Below are positions 1 to 8,314 of a stretch of 64,000 nucleotides of DNA, in pieces. Where the stretch lies: NCBI GenBank assembly GCA_965248265.1, contig CBDFJF010000002.1, forward strand, positions 576,001-640,000, read 5' to 3'. The translations under genes and the position numbers were made by a program. Position 1 is the stretch's first letter, and every line of letters starts with the position of its first letter. Below the pieces are notes generated by a model, which saw only the letters and a list, made by a program, of their open reading frames with translations, ran no database searches and was not told the DNA's origin. The stretch comes from Candidatus Latescibacterota bacterium (lineage in GTDB: Bacteria > Latescibacterota > UBA2968 > UBA8231).

Positions 1-2880
1 CTGCCTGAACCCCAGGTTCGTGGAGATCTTGTACCCCGAGTAATCCGACATGTTTGAGAGGAAGACCGTCCGGGTCCGCCGCTTAAAGCTGTTGCGCGGC
101 TCCGCCAGGTCGGTCTCCTCGAACCACCAGCCCGGCACCCCCTGCAGACCCGCCTTCAACTCCGTCGCCGGCGACAGCTCATAGCGGGTCATGACGATGG
201 GGACGACCGTGTGCACGTGTTCCAACGCCCGCGCTGCCTCGCGCCGCGTCCGCTTCAACCACAGCCCCTTCAGGGCCGGCTGCAGCGTCAACTGCCCCCA
301 GCGCCACGTGTAGTCGGCCTGCTGCACCCACGCCAGGGAGCGAAGCCGGTCCGCCGCCTGCTCCGAGCCGTCGTCGAGCGGGCCCCCATACTGACGGTTG
401 TGCTCCAGCTTCAGCCGCGTCGTGATCCGCCAGCCCGGAAGCCACCGCAGCGTGCCCGATACATACAACCGGTTCGCCAGGCTGTTGCGATAGTTCAACG
501 GATCGGGGGTGAACGTCGGAGAATACGCGAAGCGCCCCGGCTGAAACGCTGATCCTGGGCTTTGCTGTACTACCGTGGCCCTCTCCGCCCAGCTGAACAC
601 GTCGTCCGGCACATCGTCCCACACCCGCTTCAGCTCGTTCTCGATCAGCCATTCACCCACCCCGGGACGCTCCTCTTCATACCGCAGCCGCACGTAACGC
701 TGGTCGTTGCGGCCGCCGCCGGCAATCTGATGCGATTGCAGCCAGCCCACTGTCGCCCCCGCGCCCTCCCAGGGCTTCCAGCGCACATAGCCATGGGCTC
801 CCCGCAGATCCCGGTCATACGGAAGGTCCTCCTTCTGGTCGTCCTCGCGCTCATCCACGACATCGTTGTTGTTGAAATCCAGACCATACACGTAGTCATC
901 CGTATCCACTTCGTAGAGCAGGAACGGCTCCAGAAAATCGGGCAGGGAATTCTGGTTGCGGTTGGTATCCGGGATGCCGTCGTTGTCCGCATCGTTGCCG
1001 GGAAACACGGCCAGATCACGGGGAGCCGAGCCCCGGATCTTGCCCTCCGGATTGGGGTCCCCATCATCATTGTCCTCGAGAAGAGAGAAGAAGGTCGTCT
1101 TGTTCTTCAGGTAGGGGAAGCCTCCCCCAAGCACCAGTTCACCGGGCCTGTTCGTCAGTCGCTGGTTGAACGTGGGGCCGATGGAAAACAGCTCGCCCCC
1201 GAATCCATAGCGCGCCGTCTCCCGCTCGAGTTGAAGATACCCGGCCCGTTCCCGCTCGTGGTGGCGCACGCCATTGCCCTCGTAGAGCACCGGGTCGGTG
1301 CCGATGAGGTCCAGCTGTTCCCCGGGCACCCCGTCCCGGTAGCGGCTGTAGGTGATGCTCTGTGCAAACTCCCCACGCACCCGCAGACCCACGAGGTCCA
1401 GCGCCATGTTCACCCCCCACACCGATTGCCCGGTCTCATTGCCGATCGGAAACCGTATCCGCTCGACGTTCGACAAATCCTGAACGTTCCCCTCGGCGCG
1501 ACGCACCGTCTTGTAGAACGGCGCGCTGTAGCGAGAGTCATACTTTTCTTCACGCGGATTCGACACGCTGATGTCGGCGACTTCGATATGGTAGTCGTTG
1601 CCCACCGACACCGCCACCGCCACCGAGCGCACGTGGGTCAACCCCTCCAAATCGAAGTAGTACACCAGAGCCTCGGTCCCATCCGCACGATGAACCTGGC
1701 GCGGGTCTTCCCAGCCGATAAACCGCTCCAGACGCTCGACGTCGGCGAAGTCGGACACATCCTCTCCCTGCGCGAGATCCCGCCGATACAGGTAGTCGGC
1801 ATACAGCGGCTTCTCCAGCCCGAAATAGGGACCCGGGGTGAGCCCCACGTTCTCGTAGTAGAAGCTGGGCCGGAAATTCCCGTCGACCCCCGTCCTCCCG
1901 ACCACCGTGAACCGGTTCTCCAGATCCCGACGCACCACGTCCGGTGCCATATCCGGGCGCGCTTGACCGTTGACCACCAACTGCACCCCGTACACCACCG
2001 GACCGCCGCGTCCATCGCCCGGAGAATCGTCCGAGATCCGCACCGCGATGAGCGCCGGAATCTCCTGCGTGGCGTGCAGATCCCCCCTCAAATCGGTCGT
2101 CGGATAGCGCTTGTCGAAAAAGTGCAGGTTGGCAAACGTGGCGCCCAACCGCAGCGGCCCCGCCTCGCGCTCGTAGTGTCCGCCCAGGATAATTGCCGAA
2201 TCGTCGCCGCCTCCCTGCAAGCCAGCTCCTCCCGTGTAGCCCAAATACTGGTAGGAAGCCACCAGGCTCAGGGCATCGCCGAACGGGCTCAGGATGTCCC
2301 CCCGGGCGCCCTGCAGCGCCACCCGATTCAACGTCAGCGGTGTGAACCGCGTGATGATCCCCTGGGTCCAGAAACTCCCCAGCACAGAATTCCGCGAAAA
2401 GATCAGATTACTCGCCCATCCCGAATAGGTCTGCCCGCCCATGGACAGGACCCCGTGGAAGTTGGTGAGGTTAGCTTGAATGCTACTGCCTCCACTGCGG
2501 ACGTCCCCTGCCGTGGACTGGTCGGCGGTCCAGGTACCCAATTCCCGACCGCTGATCAGGAAGTTGCCCAGCGGATCGTAGATGTTCGACCATGGCGGTC
2601 GACTCGTCAGCGAATCGTAGTTCCGATACCCCGTGAAGGCGTAGTTGTGATACACCCCACCCGTGTCCCCCAAAAACATCTGATCCGGCACGACCGCCGG
2701 CACCTCCGGTGTCTCCTTCCACCGACGCTGTGCCGTCCACACCTCCTCCCCCTGCGCCTGAGCCTCGACCCCGCTCTCCAGCACCACCATCAACAGGAAC
2801 GGAGACAGGGCAAGAGATGCACGTCTCCCCTGGAAGCGACGGCGCCTGCCTGTCTCGTGATCACGCGCGATGTCGGGCAT
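1..2880 (-). CDS. Large secreted/outer-membrane-type hypothetical protein (>=960 aa; runs off the left edge)
   Basis: Manual scan finds no stop codon from the ATG at 2880 to position 1. N-terminus MPDIARDHETGRRRRFQGRRASLALSPFLLMVVLESGVEAQA looks like a signal peptide. Contains the acidic cluster EDNDDGD...FPGNDADNDGIPDTNRNQN...LDFNNNDVVDERED and an aromatic, beta-strand-like C-terminal part. Absent from the ORF track because its stop lies outside the window. Confidence 0.88.
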   Translation of the reverse strand, partial: MPDIARDHETGRRRRFQGRRASLALSPFLLMVVLESGVEAQAQGEEVWTAQRRWKETPEVPAVVPDQMFLGDTGGVYHNYAFTGYRNYDSLTSRPPWSNIYDPLGNFLISGRELGTWTADQSTAGDVRSGGSSIQANLTNFHGVLSMGGQTYSGWASNLIFSRNSVLGSFWTQGIITRFTPLTLNRVALQGARGDILSPFGDALSLVASYQYLGYTGGAGLQGGGDDSAIILGGHYEREAGPLRLGATFANLHFFDKRYPTTDLRGDLHATQEIPALIAVRISDDSPGDGRGGPVVYGVQLVVNGQARPDMAPDVVRRDLENRFTVVGRTGVDGNFRPSFYYENVGLTPGPYFGLEKPLYADYLYRRDLAQGEDVSDFADVERLERFIGWEDPRQVHRADGTEALVYYFDLEGLTHVRSVAVAVSVGNDYHIEVADISVSNPREEKYDSRYSAPFYKTVRRAEGNVQDLSNVERIRFPIGNETGQSVWGVNMALDLVGLRVRGEFAQSITYSRYRDGVPGEQLDLIGTDPVLYEGNGVRHHERERAGYLQLERETARYGFGGELFSIGPTFNQRLTNRPGELVLGGGFPYLKNKTTFFSLLEDNDDGDPNPEGKIRGSAPRDLAVFPGNDADNDGIPDTNRNQNSLPDFLEPFLLYEVDTDDYVYGLDFNNNDVVDEREDDQKEDLPYDRDLRGAHGYVRWKPWEGAGATVGWLQSHQIAGGGRNDQRYVRLRYEEERPGVGEWLIENELKRVWDDVPDDVFSWAERATVVQQSPGSAFQPGRFAYSPTFTPDPLNYRNSLANRLYVSGTLRWLPGWRITTRLKLEHNRQYGGPLDDGSEQAADRLRSLAWVQQADYTWRWGQLTLQPALKGLWLKRTRREAARALEHVHTVVPIVMTRYELSPATELKAGLQGVPGWWFEETDLAEPRNSFKRRTRTVFLSNMSDYSGYKISTNLGFRQ

Positions 2881-2946
2881 TGCTATCATCCCACTCGTTC
2901 ATCGGGCTCGTGAGGTGGGACACAAGCTGCTGATGATGCTCTGGGT

Positions 2947-2974
2947 ACTATACCTGTGAGTTGGGGGATGTCAA
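2947..2974 (-). promoter_or_regulatory. Sigma70-like promoter for the 1..2880 gene
   Basis: Minus strand reads TTGACA-16 nt-TATAGT, with the -10 box 66 nt upstream of the ATG at 2880. Confidence 0.6.
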
Positions 2975-3077
2975 TGCCAATCGAACTCGTTGAGGGAATG
3001 ATCGGCACGTGCTCGTTTTCCTAATTGTGAGGATTGGTGCGTATCGCCCAGAACTCAGGGCAGCAACGTCTGCGCGG

Positions 3078-3400
3078 TGGTACTGGTTGGCAGACCTATG
3101 CCACCGCGAAGGTCTGAGCTTCGTGTTGGCTCACGCCCTGTACCTGAAGGCGGTTCACGGCGGCAAGACCAAGAACGACCGCATCGACGCCCACAAAATC
3201 GCTGCCCTGTTGCGTGGCGGCAACATCCCGATCGCTTACACCTATCCTGCCCACATGAGGGCCACCCGCGACTTGCGTCGCCGTCGGACCCACCTCATGC
3301 GCAAGCGCGCCGAGTTGGTGACACACATTCAAAACACCGCCTCCCAGTACAATCTGCCGAGCTCAGCTATCCGGGTCAGCGTGCCGGCGTTGCCCCGCGG
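3078..3400 (+). mobile_element. IS110-family transposase/recombinase internal fragment (pseudogene)
   Basis: WYWLADLC...AHALYLKAVHGGKTKNDRIDAHKIAALLRGG...AYTYP..MRATRDLRRRR matches the IS110 DEDD domain (KxDxxD motif). It lacks the N-terminal Asp strand and the C-terminal domain, and appears to frameshift near 3362 (continuing LSYPGQRAGVAPR). Confidence 0.85.
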
Positions 3401-3499
3401 CCCCATGATCTATTCATTCTGCTCGAGTGCGTCCCGCACATCCGGTTTTCGCCGCCGGGTCCCTTCCCATTCGGTTTCCGATTGCTTAGGGTACGAAAC

Positions 3500-5998
3500 A
3501 TGAAACCGAGAAATATCCTGGCCGCCCTGGCCATTCTCCTTCTGGTGCAGCTGAGAGGCGCGGCTTCGAGACAGGCCACAGGCGCCATCGAGGGCGTCGT
3601 CCGCGAGGGGGACAGCGGACGCCCCTTGGCCACCGCCAACGTCGTCCTCGCCGACACGGAACACGGCGTGGTCACCGAAGATGACGGTCGTTTCCTGCTG
3701 ACGGCGATTTCACCCGGGCGCTACAACATCACCGCCAGTCACGTCGGTTATGAGTCCGCGTCTCGGGAGGTCACCGTCCGCGCAGGTGACACGAGCGCGG
3801 TTGCCCTGGCCTTGACTCCCAAACCGGTCCGCCTCGAAGGCATTCTGGTGGCTGCTGACCGCGCTCTGTCAGCCGCTTCGTCGCGCGCCGTGCGCGAGTT
3901 CGATCTGCGCACCCGTCCCAGACGCTCCTCGCAGCAGTTGTTGCAGACGGTCCCCGGTCTCGTCGTCGCGCAGCACGCCGGAGGGGGCAAGGCGGAACAG
4001 ATCTTTCTGCGGGGTTTCGACAACGACCACGGCACCGACGTCTCCGTCAGCGTCGACGGCATGCCCGTCAACATGGTCTCCCACGGTCATGGCCAGGGGT
4101 ATGCCGATCTCCACTTTCTGATCCCCGATATCGTCGAGGGGATCGACGTGCACAAGGGTCCCTACTTCGCCGAGTTCGGCAACCTGGCCAACGCGGGGCA
4201 TGTGGCCTTTCGCACGCGTCAACGGCTCGCCGGCAACGCCGTGAACGTGGAGGCCGGTCAATTCAACACAGCGCGCTACACGGTGTTGTACCAGTTGCCC
4301 GGTGAGGCGAATCTCGGGCATTCGGCGTACTTCGCCGGGGATTACTACCGCACCGACGGCCCTTTCGATCATCCGCAGGACCTGCATCGCCTCACCCTGT
4401 TCGCGAAGGTGCGCCGCACCATGTCACCGAGCACACGGCTCACCCTGGACGTCGGTGGGTTCGCCTCGACATGGAACGCCTCCGGACAGATACCCGAGCG
4501 CGTCGTCGACCGAGGACTGATCAGCCGTTGGGGCGCCATCGACGACGGCGAGGGCGGCCAGACGTCGCGACACAACGTCAACCTCTCGCTCGAGACCAGG
4601 GGACAGGACGGCGACCGCCTCACAGCCCAGGCCTACTGGAGCGCCTACGACTACAATCTCTACTCGAACTTCACCTTCTTCCGCTGGGATGTAGAATTCG
4701 GCAACATGATCGAGCAGTCGGATGCGCGCCGGGTCATCGGACTCAACAGCACGTACACCAATGACGGTTCGCTCGGACGTTTCGGGCTGTCATCTACATT
4801 AGCCGGTGGCTTCCGCAGCGACGACATCGACACGGATCTGTGGCAGGTGGTCGAGCGCCGTCGCTACTGGCCGCTGACTGATGCCGCCATCGCCGAGCGC
4901 AACTACTTCCTGTGGGGACGGCAGGATCTCATCCTCGCGCCGCGCTGGCGGTTGAGCCTGGGGTTGAGAGCCGATTACTTCACCTTCGAAGTCGACGATG
5001 GGTTAGAGCGCACGGGGCAATCGATCCAGCCCTTGATCGACATCATCGAGCTGCTCCGGGAGATACCCCAGGTGCAGCGGCCGAGTGCCAAGCCCCTCCA
5101 TGTACCGCTCGACCAACCTCATGCCTCCGGTATCGCGGATGACGTCATCTTCAGTCCCAAGGCCAATCTGACGTTCTCGCCCACTGCCGCGGTAGATCTC
5201 TTCCTCAATTTCGGACAGGGCTTTCACTCCAACGATGCGCGCACGGTAGTCACCGGCCAGGTCATCGCCGATCAGATGCGGGCTCTGGAAGAATGGGGCG
5301 CCAAATTCCAGGAGATCCGCGTGGCCTTTCAACAGCTCAATTTCGATACCGATCAGGCCGGTGTGACCAGCCTACCCCGCACGACCGGGGCGGAGATCGG
5401 TCTGCGCAGCCGTGTGGGCCGTGGTCTGAACTTCGGATCAGCGCTGTGGTGGATCGACGTGGATGAGGAGTACGTCTACTCCGCCGACGTGGGTGTGCCG
5501 GAGCAGCGGGGCCGGACACGCCGCACGGGCATCGACGTCGAGGCGCGGCTACGGTTGCTGTCCTGGCTGTGGGCCGATGGCGATCTCAATCTGTCCCGCG
5601 GCCGGTTGCGGGATGAGCCGGAAGACGCCGACCGTATTCCGCTGGCACCCACGCGCACGGCGACCGGCGGCCTGACGGTGAGACGGCCCGAGGGGTCCGA
5701 GGGTGGGCTCCGTTTCCGCCACGTCGGAGACCGGCCGGCCATGGCTGACGGTTCGCTGACCGCGCAGGGCCACACGCTCGTCGATTTGACTGCCGCCCGG
5801 CGCTGGGACGTATTCAGAGTCGAGGTGACGGCGGAGAACCTGTTCGACGCGGAGTGGAAGGAAGCCCAGTTCGCCACGGAGTCGTTACTGGCGGACGAGA
5901 TCGACGCCGCCATGGGGGGCGACATCCCGCCACCCGAGATCCACTTTACCCCGGGCAATCCCTTCAACGTGCGAATCGGGATCGGATACTTTTTCTAG
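3500..5998 (+). CDS. TonB-dependent receptor with N-terminal carboxypeptidase-regulatory-like domain
   Basis: ATG 3500 gives a signal peptide (MKPRNILAALAILLLVQLRGAA). Plug motifs GGGKAEQIFLRGFDNDHGTD, SHGHGQGYADL and KGPYFA are present. Ends ENLFD...IGIGYFF with a terminal Phe. Confidence 0.9.
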   Translation: MKPRNILAALAILLLVQLRGAASRQATGAIEGVVREGDSGRPLATANVVLADTEHGVVTEDDGRFLLTAISPGRYNITASHVGYESASREVTVRAGDTSAVALALTPKPVRLEGILVAADRALSAASSRAVREFDLRTRPRRSSQQLLQTVPGLVVAQHAGGGKAEQIFLRGFDNDHGTDVSVSVDGMPVNMVSHGHGQGYADLHFLIPDIVEGIDVHKGPYFAEFGNLANAGHVAFRTRQRLAGNAVNVEAGQFNTARYTVLYQLPGEANLGHSAYFAGDYYRTDGPFDHPQDLHRLTLFAKVRRTMSPSTRLTLDVGGFASTWNASGQIPERVVDRGLISRWGAIDDGEGGQTSRHNVNLSLETRGQDGDRLTAQAYWSAYDYNLYSNFTFFRWDVEFGNMIEQSDARRVIGLNSTYTNDGSLGRFGLSSTLAGGFRSDDIDTDLWQVVERRRYWPLTDAAIAERNYFLWGRQDLILAPRWRLSLGLRADYFTFEVDDGLERTGQSIQPLIDIIELLREIPQVQRPSAKPLHVPLDQPHASGIADDVIFSPKANLTFSPTAAVDLFLNFGQGFHSNDARTVVTGQVIADQMRALEEWGAKFQEIRVAFQQLNFDTDQAGVTSLPRTTGAEIGLRSRVGRGLNFGSALWWIDVDEEYVYSADVGVPEQRGRTRRTGIDVEARLRLLSWLWADGDLNLSRGRLRDEPEDADRIPLAPTRTATGGLTVRRPEGSEGGLRFRHVGDRPAMADGSLTAQGHTLVDLTAARRWDVFRVEVTAENLFDAEWKEAQFATESLLADEIDAAMGGDIPPPEIHFTPGNPFNVRIGIGYFF

Positions 5999-6162
5999 GG
6001 GCCGGCCGGAGCTTGATGCACCTGGATGCCTACGTGGCAGTTTACAGAGGAACGGCGCGATTGCCCAAACTCAAAGTAGACATTGAGTTTGCTCTTGCTG
6101 ACATCCACACAGACATCGACCTGATCGAGTTGGACAGTCGAACTCATCTTGGTAGATTTCAT
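5995..6162 (-). mobile_element. 5' remnant of a second IS110-family transposase (55-aa ORF)
   Basis: AGGAG RBS, then MKSTKMSSTVQLDQVDVCVDVSKSKLNVYFEFG. The hhDVSKxxL motif fits the first catalytic strand of IS110 enzymes. Resemblance is lost after about 34 codons. Confidence 0.6.
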
Positions 6163-6290
6163 CACGGGCTTCTCCTTTCAGATGCAGACGTGGTGCACAC
6201 GTCTTTGAGGGTCTTATGGACACCTCCGAATATCTGAAAGAGAAGCCCTCTTGTTTACGCCTAAGAGTATGTAACGGGCTCTTATCGTTC
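6163..6290 (-). ncRNA. Structured non-coding region upstream of the IS110 remnant (candidate bridge/seek RNA or translational lock)
   Basis: A 17-bp outer stem (6166-6183 with 6232-6248) encloses two hairpins (6186-6204, 6207-6226). An extra short inverted repeat pairs 6262-6267 with 6279-6284. The outer stem buries the transposase RBS. Confidence 0.45.
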
Positions 6291-6297
6291 TTATCCG
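6274..6297 (+). repeat. Imperfect direct repeat, copy 1 (ACGGGCTCTTATCGTTCTTATCCG)
   Basis: Similar to 8119-8142. The two copies flank the 6330..8108 gene. Confidence 0.45.
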
Positions 6298-6329
6298 TTC
6301 CCTAATCTACCCGGGAGAGCGGTCGTCCC

Positions 6330-8108
6330 ATGCGTATCTGGCGGTCCTTGGTCATCGTCCTGCTTTGCACAACGTCCGTCGCTGCCCAGGACCTGTCGAA
6401 TAACCCGGCCGGCGTGCCGTGGCTGAACACGAACGACGAATGGGGCCGGGCGTGGGGCGATGCGGCCAACCAGTTCTACAAGAATCTCGAAGCACATCGG
6501 AAAGTGCACGGGGGCGACCAGATGCAGTTCGCGGTCGGCACAGAGATCGCACTGCGAAAAGTGTTTCGGCCCAAGGTGTGGTTCAAGGGCGACTTCAGCG
6601 GGTCGGTGTCGATGACGGCGGCGCGCGGGGAGTATGAGGCGTTTCAACTGGTCATCTGTCCGATCACCGACGAGGAGCGCGGGCTGGGGAATCTGTCGGA
6701 CGGACGCGCGCAAGGAAACGGCAGCCTCAAGCCCAAGACAGTGGCGATCCGCGCAATCGAGGTGTCGCCGTTACACCACGCGGACGTGGACTATCAGATC
6801 GAGTCAACGGCGTCGACGCTGTACCGGGTCGGCTACATCCCGACGCAGCCTGGGCAGTACCCGGTGATGCACGTGGGCGATTGGCCGGACCCGTTGCTAC
6901 CGATGGGGCCGTTCGAGGTCAGCAATCCGTATTGTCAGCCAGTGTGGGTCGAGGTCCAGGTGCCGCGCGAGGCGCCGGCCGGCGAATACAGCGGCTACGT
7001 CACCGCGCGCGGGCCGCACGACGTGCGTATCGAGGTAGAGCTGACAGTCTGGGATTTCGCACTGCCGAACCCGCCCCGGACGGTCAGCAACGGCTGGGTG
7101 TTGCACGAGTGGTTCCGGCGTAACGGCACCGACAGACTCCTGGAACGGCTAGATGTCTTGCTGGACCACCGCCTCATCGCCTGGCACACCGCCGTGGACA
7201 CGCGCGGCGACCTCGAAGCGCACGATCGCGTGATGGAGCTGTTGCTGTCACGCGGTGTCCAGCTCCAGGCAATCGGCGGCAAGCCCGACTCGGCGTACAT
7301 CGAGCACCTGGACAGCAAGGGTTGGCTCGAGCATTTCGTGTCGCTCTGGGGCGACGAGCCGCACGAACGCGACTACCCGCGGTATCGCAAGCAGACCGAC
7401 GTCATCCGTAACGAGTTTCCCGGCCTTGCTGCGGCGATGACGGAGGAGCCGACGCCGACGAATGTGGGGCTGTTCGACGTGTGGATCGCGGAGCCGTCCG
7501 CCCAGCGCGACGCGTGGGTGCAGGACGCCCTTGAGCGCGGCGATCGCGTCTGGTGGTACCTCTGCCAGTTGCCCATCAACGCCGAGTACCCCGGCCCGAT
7601 CCACCGTGCCCCCGGCATGGTGGTGGATCGGCCCGCCATCGATCATCGCATCACCTACTGGCTGGCGTTCAAGCAACACATCGAAGGGGTGTCCTACTGG
7701 GCCGTCTCGCAGTGGCCTGAAGGTTGGGACAAATGGAACAAATGGAATGGGGGCGCCGAGCCGTGGCCGACCAACCCGCGCGTCCCGTTCCCCTACAGCG
7801 GCCAGCACAACGCCAATGGATTCCTCTGCTACCCCGGATCCGACGGCATGCCCTGGCCTTCGATTCGTCTAAAAACCATGCGCGACGGCCTGGAGGATCA
7901 CGACTACTTGAGCCTCCTGCGCGAGCGGGCTGGCGACACCCTCTGGTCCGTGATCGAAGACCAGGCCGTCCCCGACGAGTTGGCCGTGGGGCTGCGTTAT
8001 TACAACAAAGACCCGCACGTCTTGTTGAAGGTGCGCCGTCAGGTCGCGGAGCGAATCATCCAGCTGTCCAAGCAAACCCCGCCCGACACCATCTCTCAGC
8101 CGAACTAG
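6330..8108 (+). CDS. Secreted DUF4091/GH123-like glycoside hydrolase
   Basis: Signal peptide; ARGEYEAFQLVI, WPDPL, QPVWVEVQVP, WDF, WGDEP, and the C-terminal SIRLKTMRDGLEDHDYL motif typical of DUF4091. Confidence 0.8.
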   Translation: MRIWRSLVIVLLCTTSVAAQDLSNNPAGVPWLNTNDEWGRAWGDAANQFYKNLEAHRKVHGGDQMQFAVGTEIALRKVFRPKVWFKGDFSGSVSMTAARGEYEAFQLVICPITDEERGLGNLSDGRAQGNGSLKPKTVAIRAIEVSPLHHADVDYQIESTASTLYRVGYIPTQPGQYPVMHVGDWPDPLLPMGPFEVSNPYCQPVWVEVQVPREAPAGEYSGYVTARGPHDVRIEVELTVWDFALPNPPRTVSNGWVLHEWFRRNGTDRLLERLDVLLDHRLIAWHTAVDTRGDLEAHDRVMELLLSRGVQLQAIGGKPDSAYIEHLDSKGWLEHFVSLWGDEPHERDYPRYRKQTDVIRNEFPGLAAAMTEEPTPTNVGLFDVWIAEPSAQRDAWVQDALERGDRVWWYLCQLPINAEYPGPIHRAPGMVVDRPAIDHRITYWLAFKQHIEGVSYWAVSQWPEGWDKWNKWNGGAEPWPTNPRVPFPYSGQHNANGFLCYPGSDGMPWPSIRLKTMRDGLEDHDYLSLLRERAGDTLWSVIEDQAVPDELAVGLRYYNKDPHVLLKVRRQVAERIIQLSKQTPPDTISQPN

Positions 8109-8118
8109 ACTACCAATG

Positions 8119-8142
8119 ACGGGGCCCCTATCGTTTTATCCG
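8119..8142 (+). repeat. Imperfect direct repeat, copy 2 (ACGGGGCCCCTATCGTTTTATCCG)
   Basis: Shares ACGGG...TATCGTT(C)TTATCCG with 6274-6297; lies 10 bp after the stop at 8108. Confidence 0.45.
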
Positions 8143-8314
8143 CTACCGTGGGAGGATGCGGCCAATGCATGTCGTCACCTGAGTCGCACAACTTCCTCCC
8201 GGGCGATCTCCTTCATGCGCGGAGTGCCTGCGCCGGTCACGGGGGCACCCTGGCCGTTCTCGAGAGGGTAAGGATGTCGATACAAAAGTATTCATCAGAT
8301 ATGAGGAACAGCTA

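Noticed and set aside
562-2913. 783-aa plus-strand ORF
   Set aside because: It is in exact codon register antisense to the real minus-strand gene, with the V/H/R/P-rich composition typical of a shadow ORF.
3077-3499. Apparent N-terminal extension of the TonB receptor (973-aa ORF), suggesting a transposase fusion
   Set aside because: The extension is mostly an off-frame reading of the IS110 remnant; the signal peptide begins at ATG 3500.
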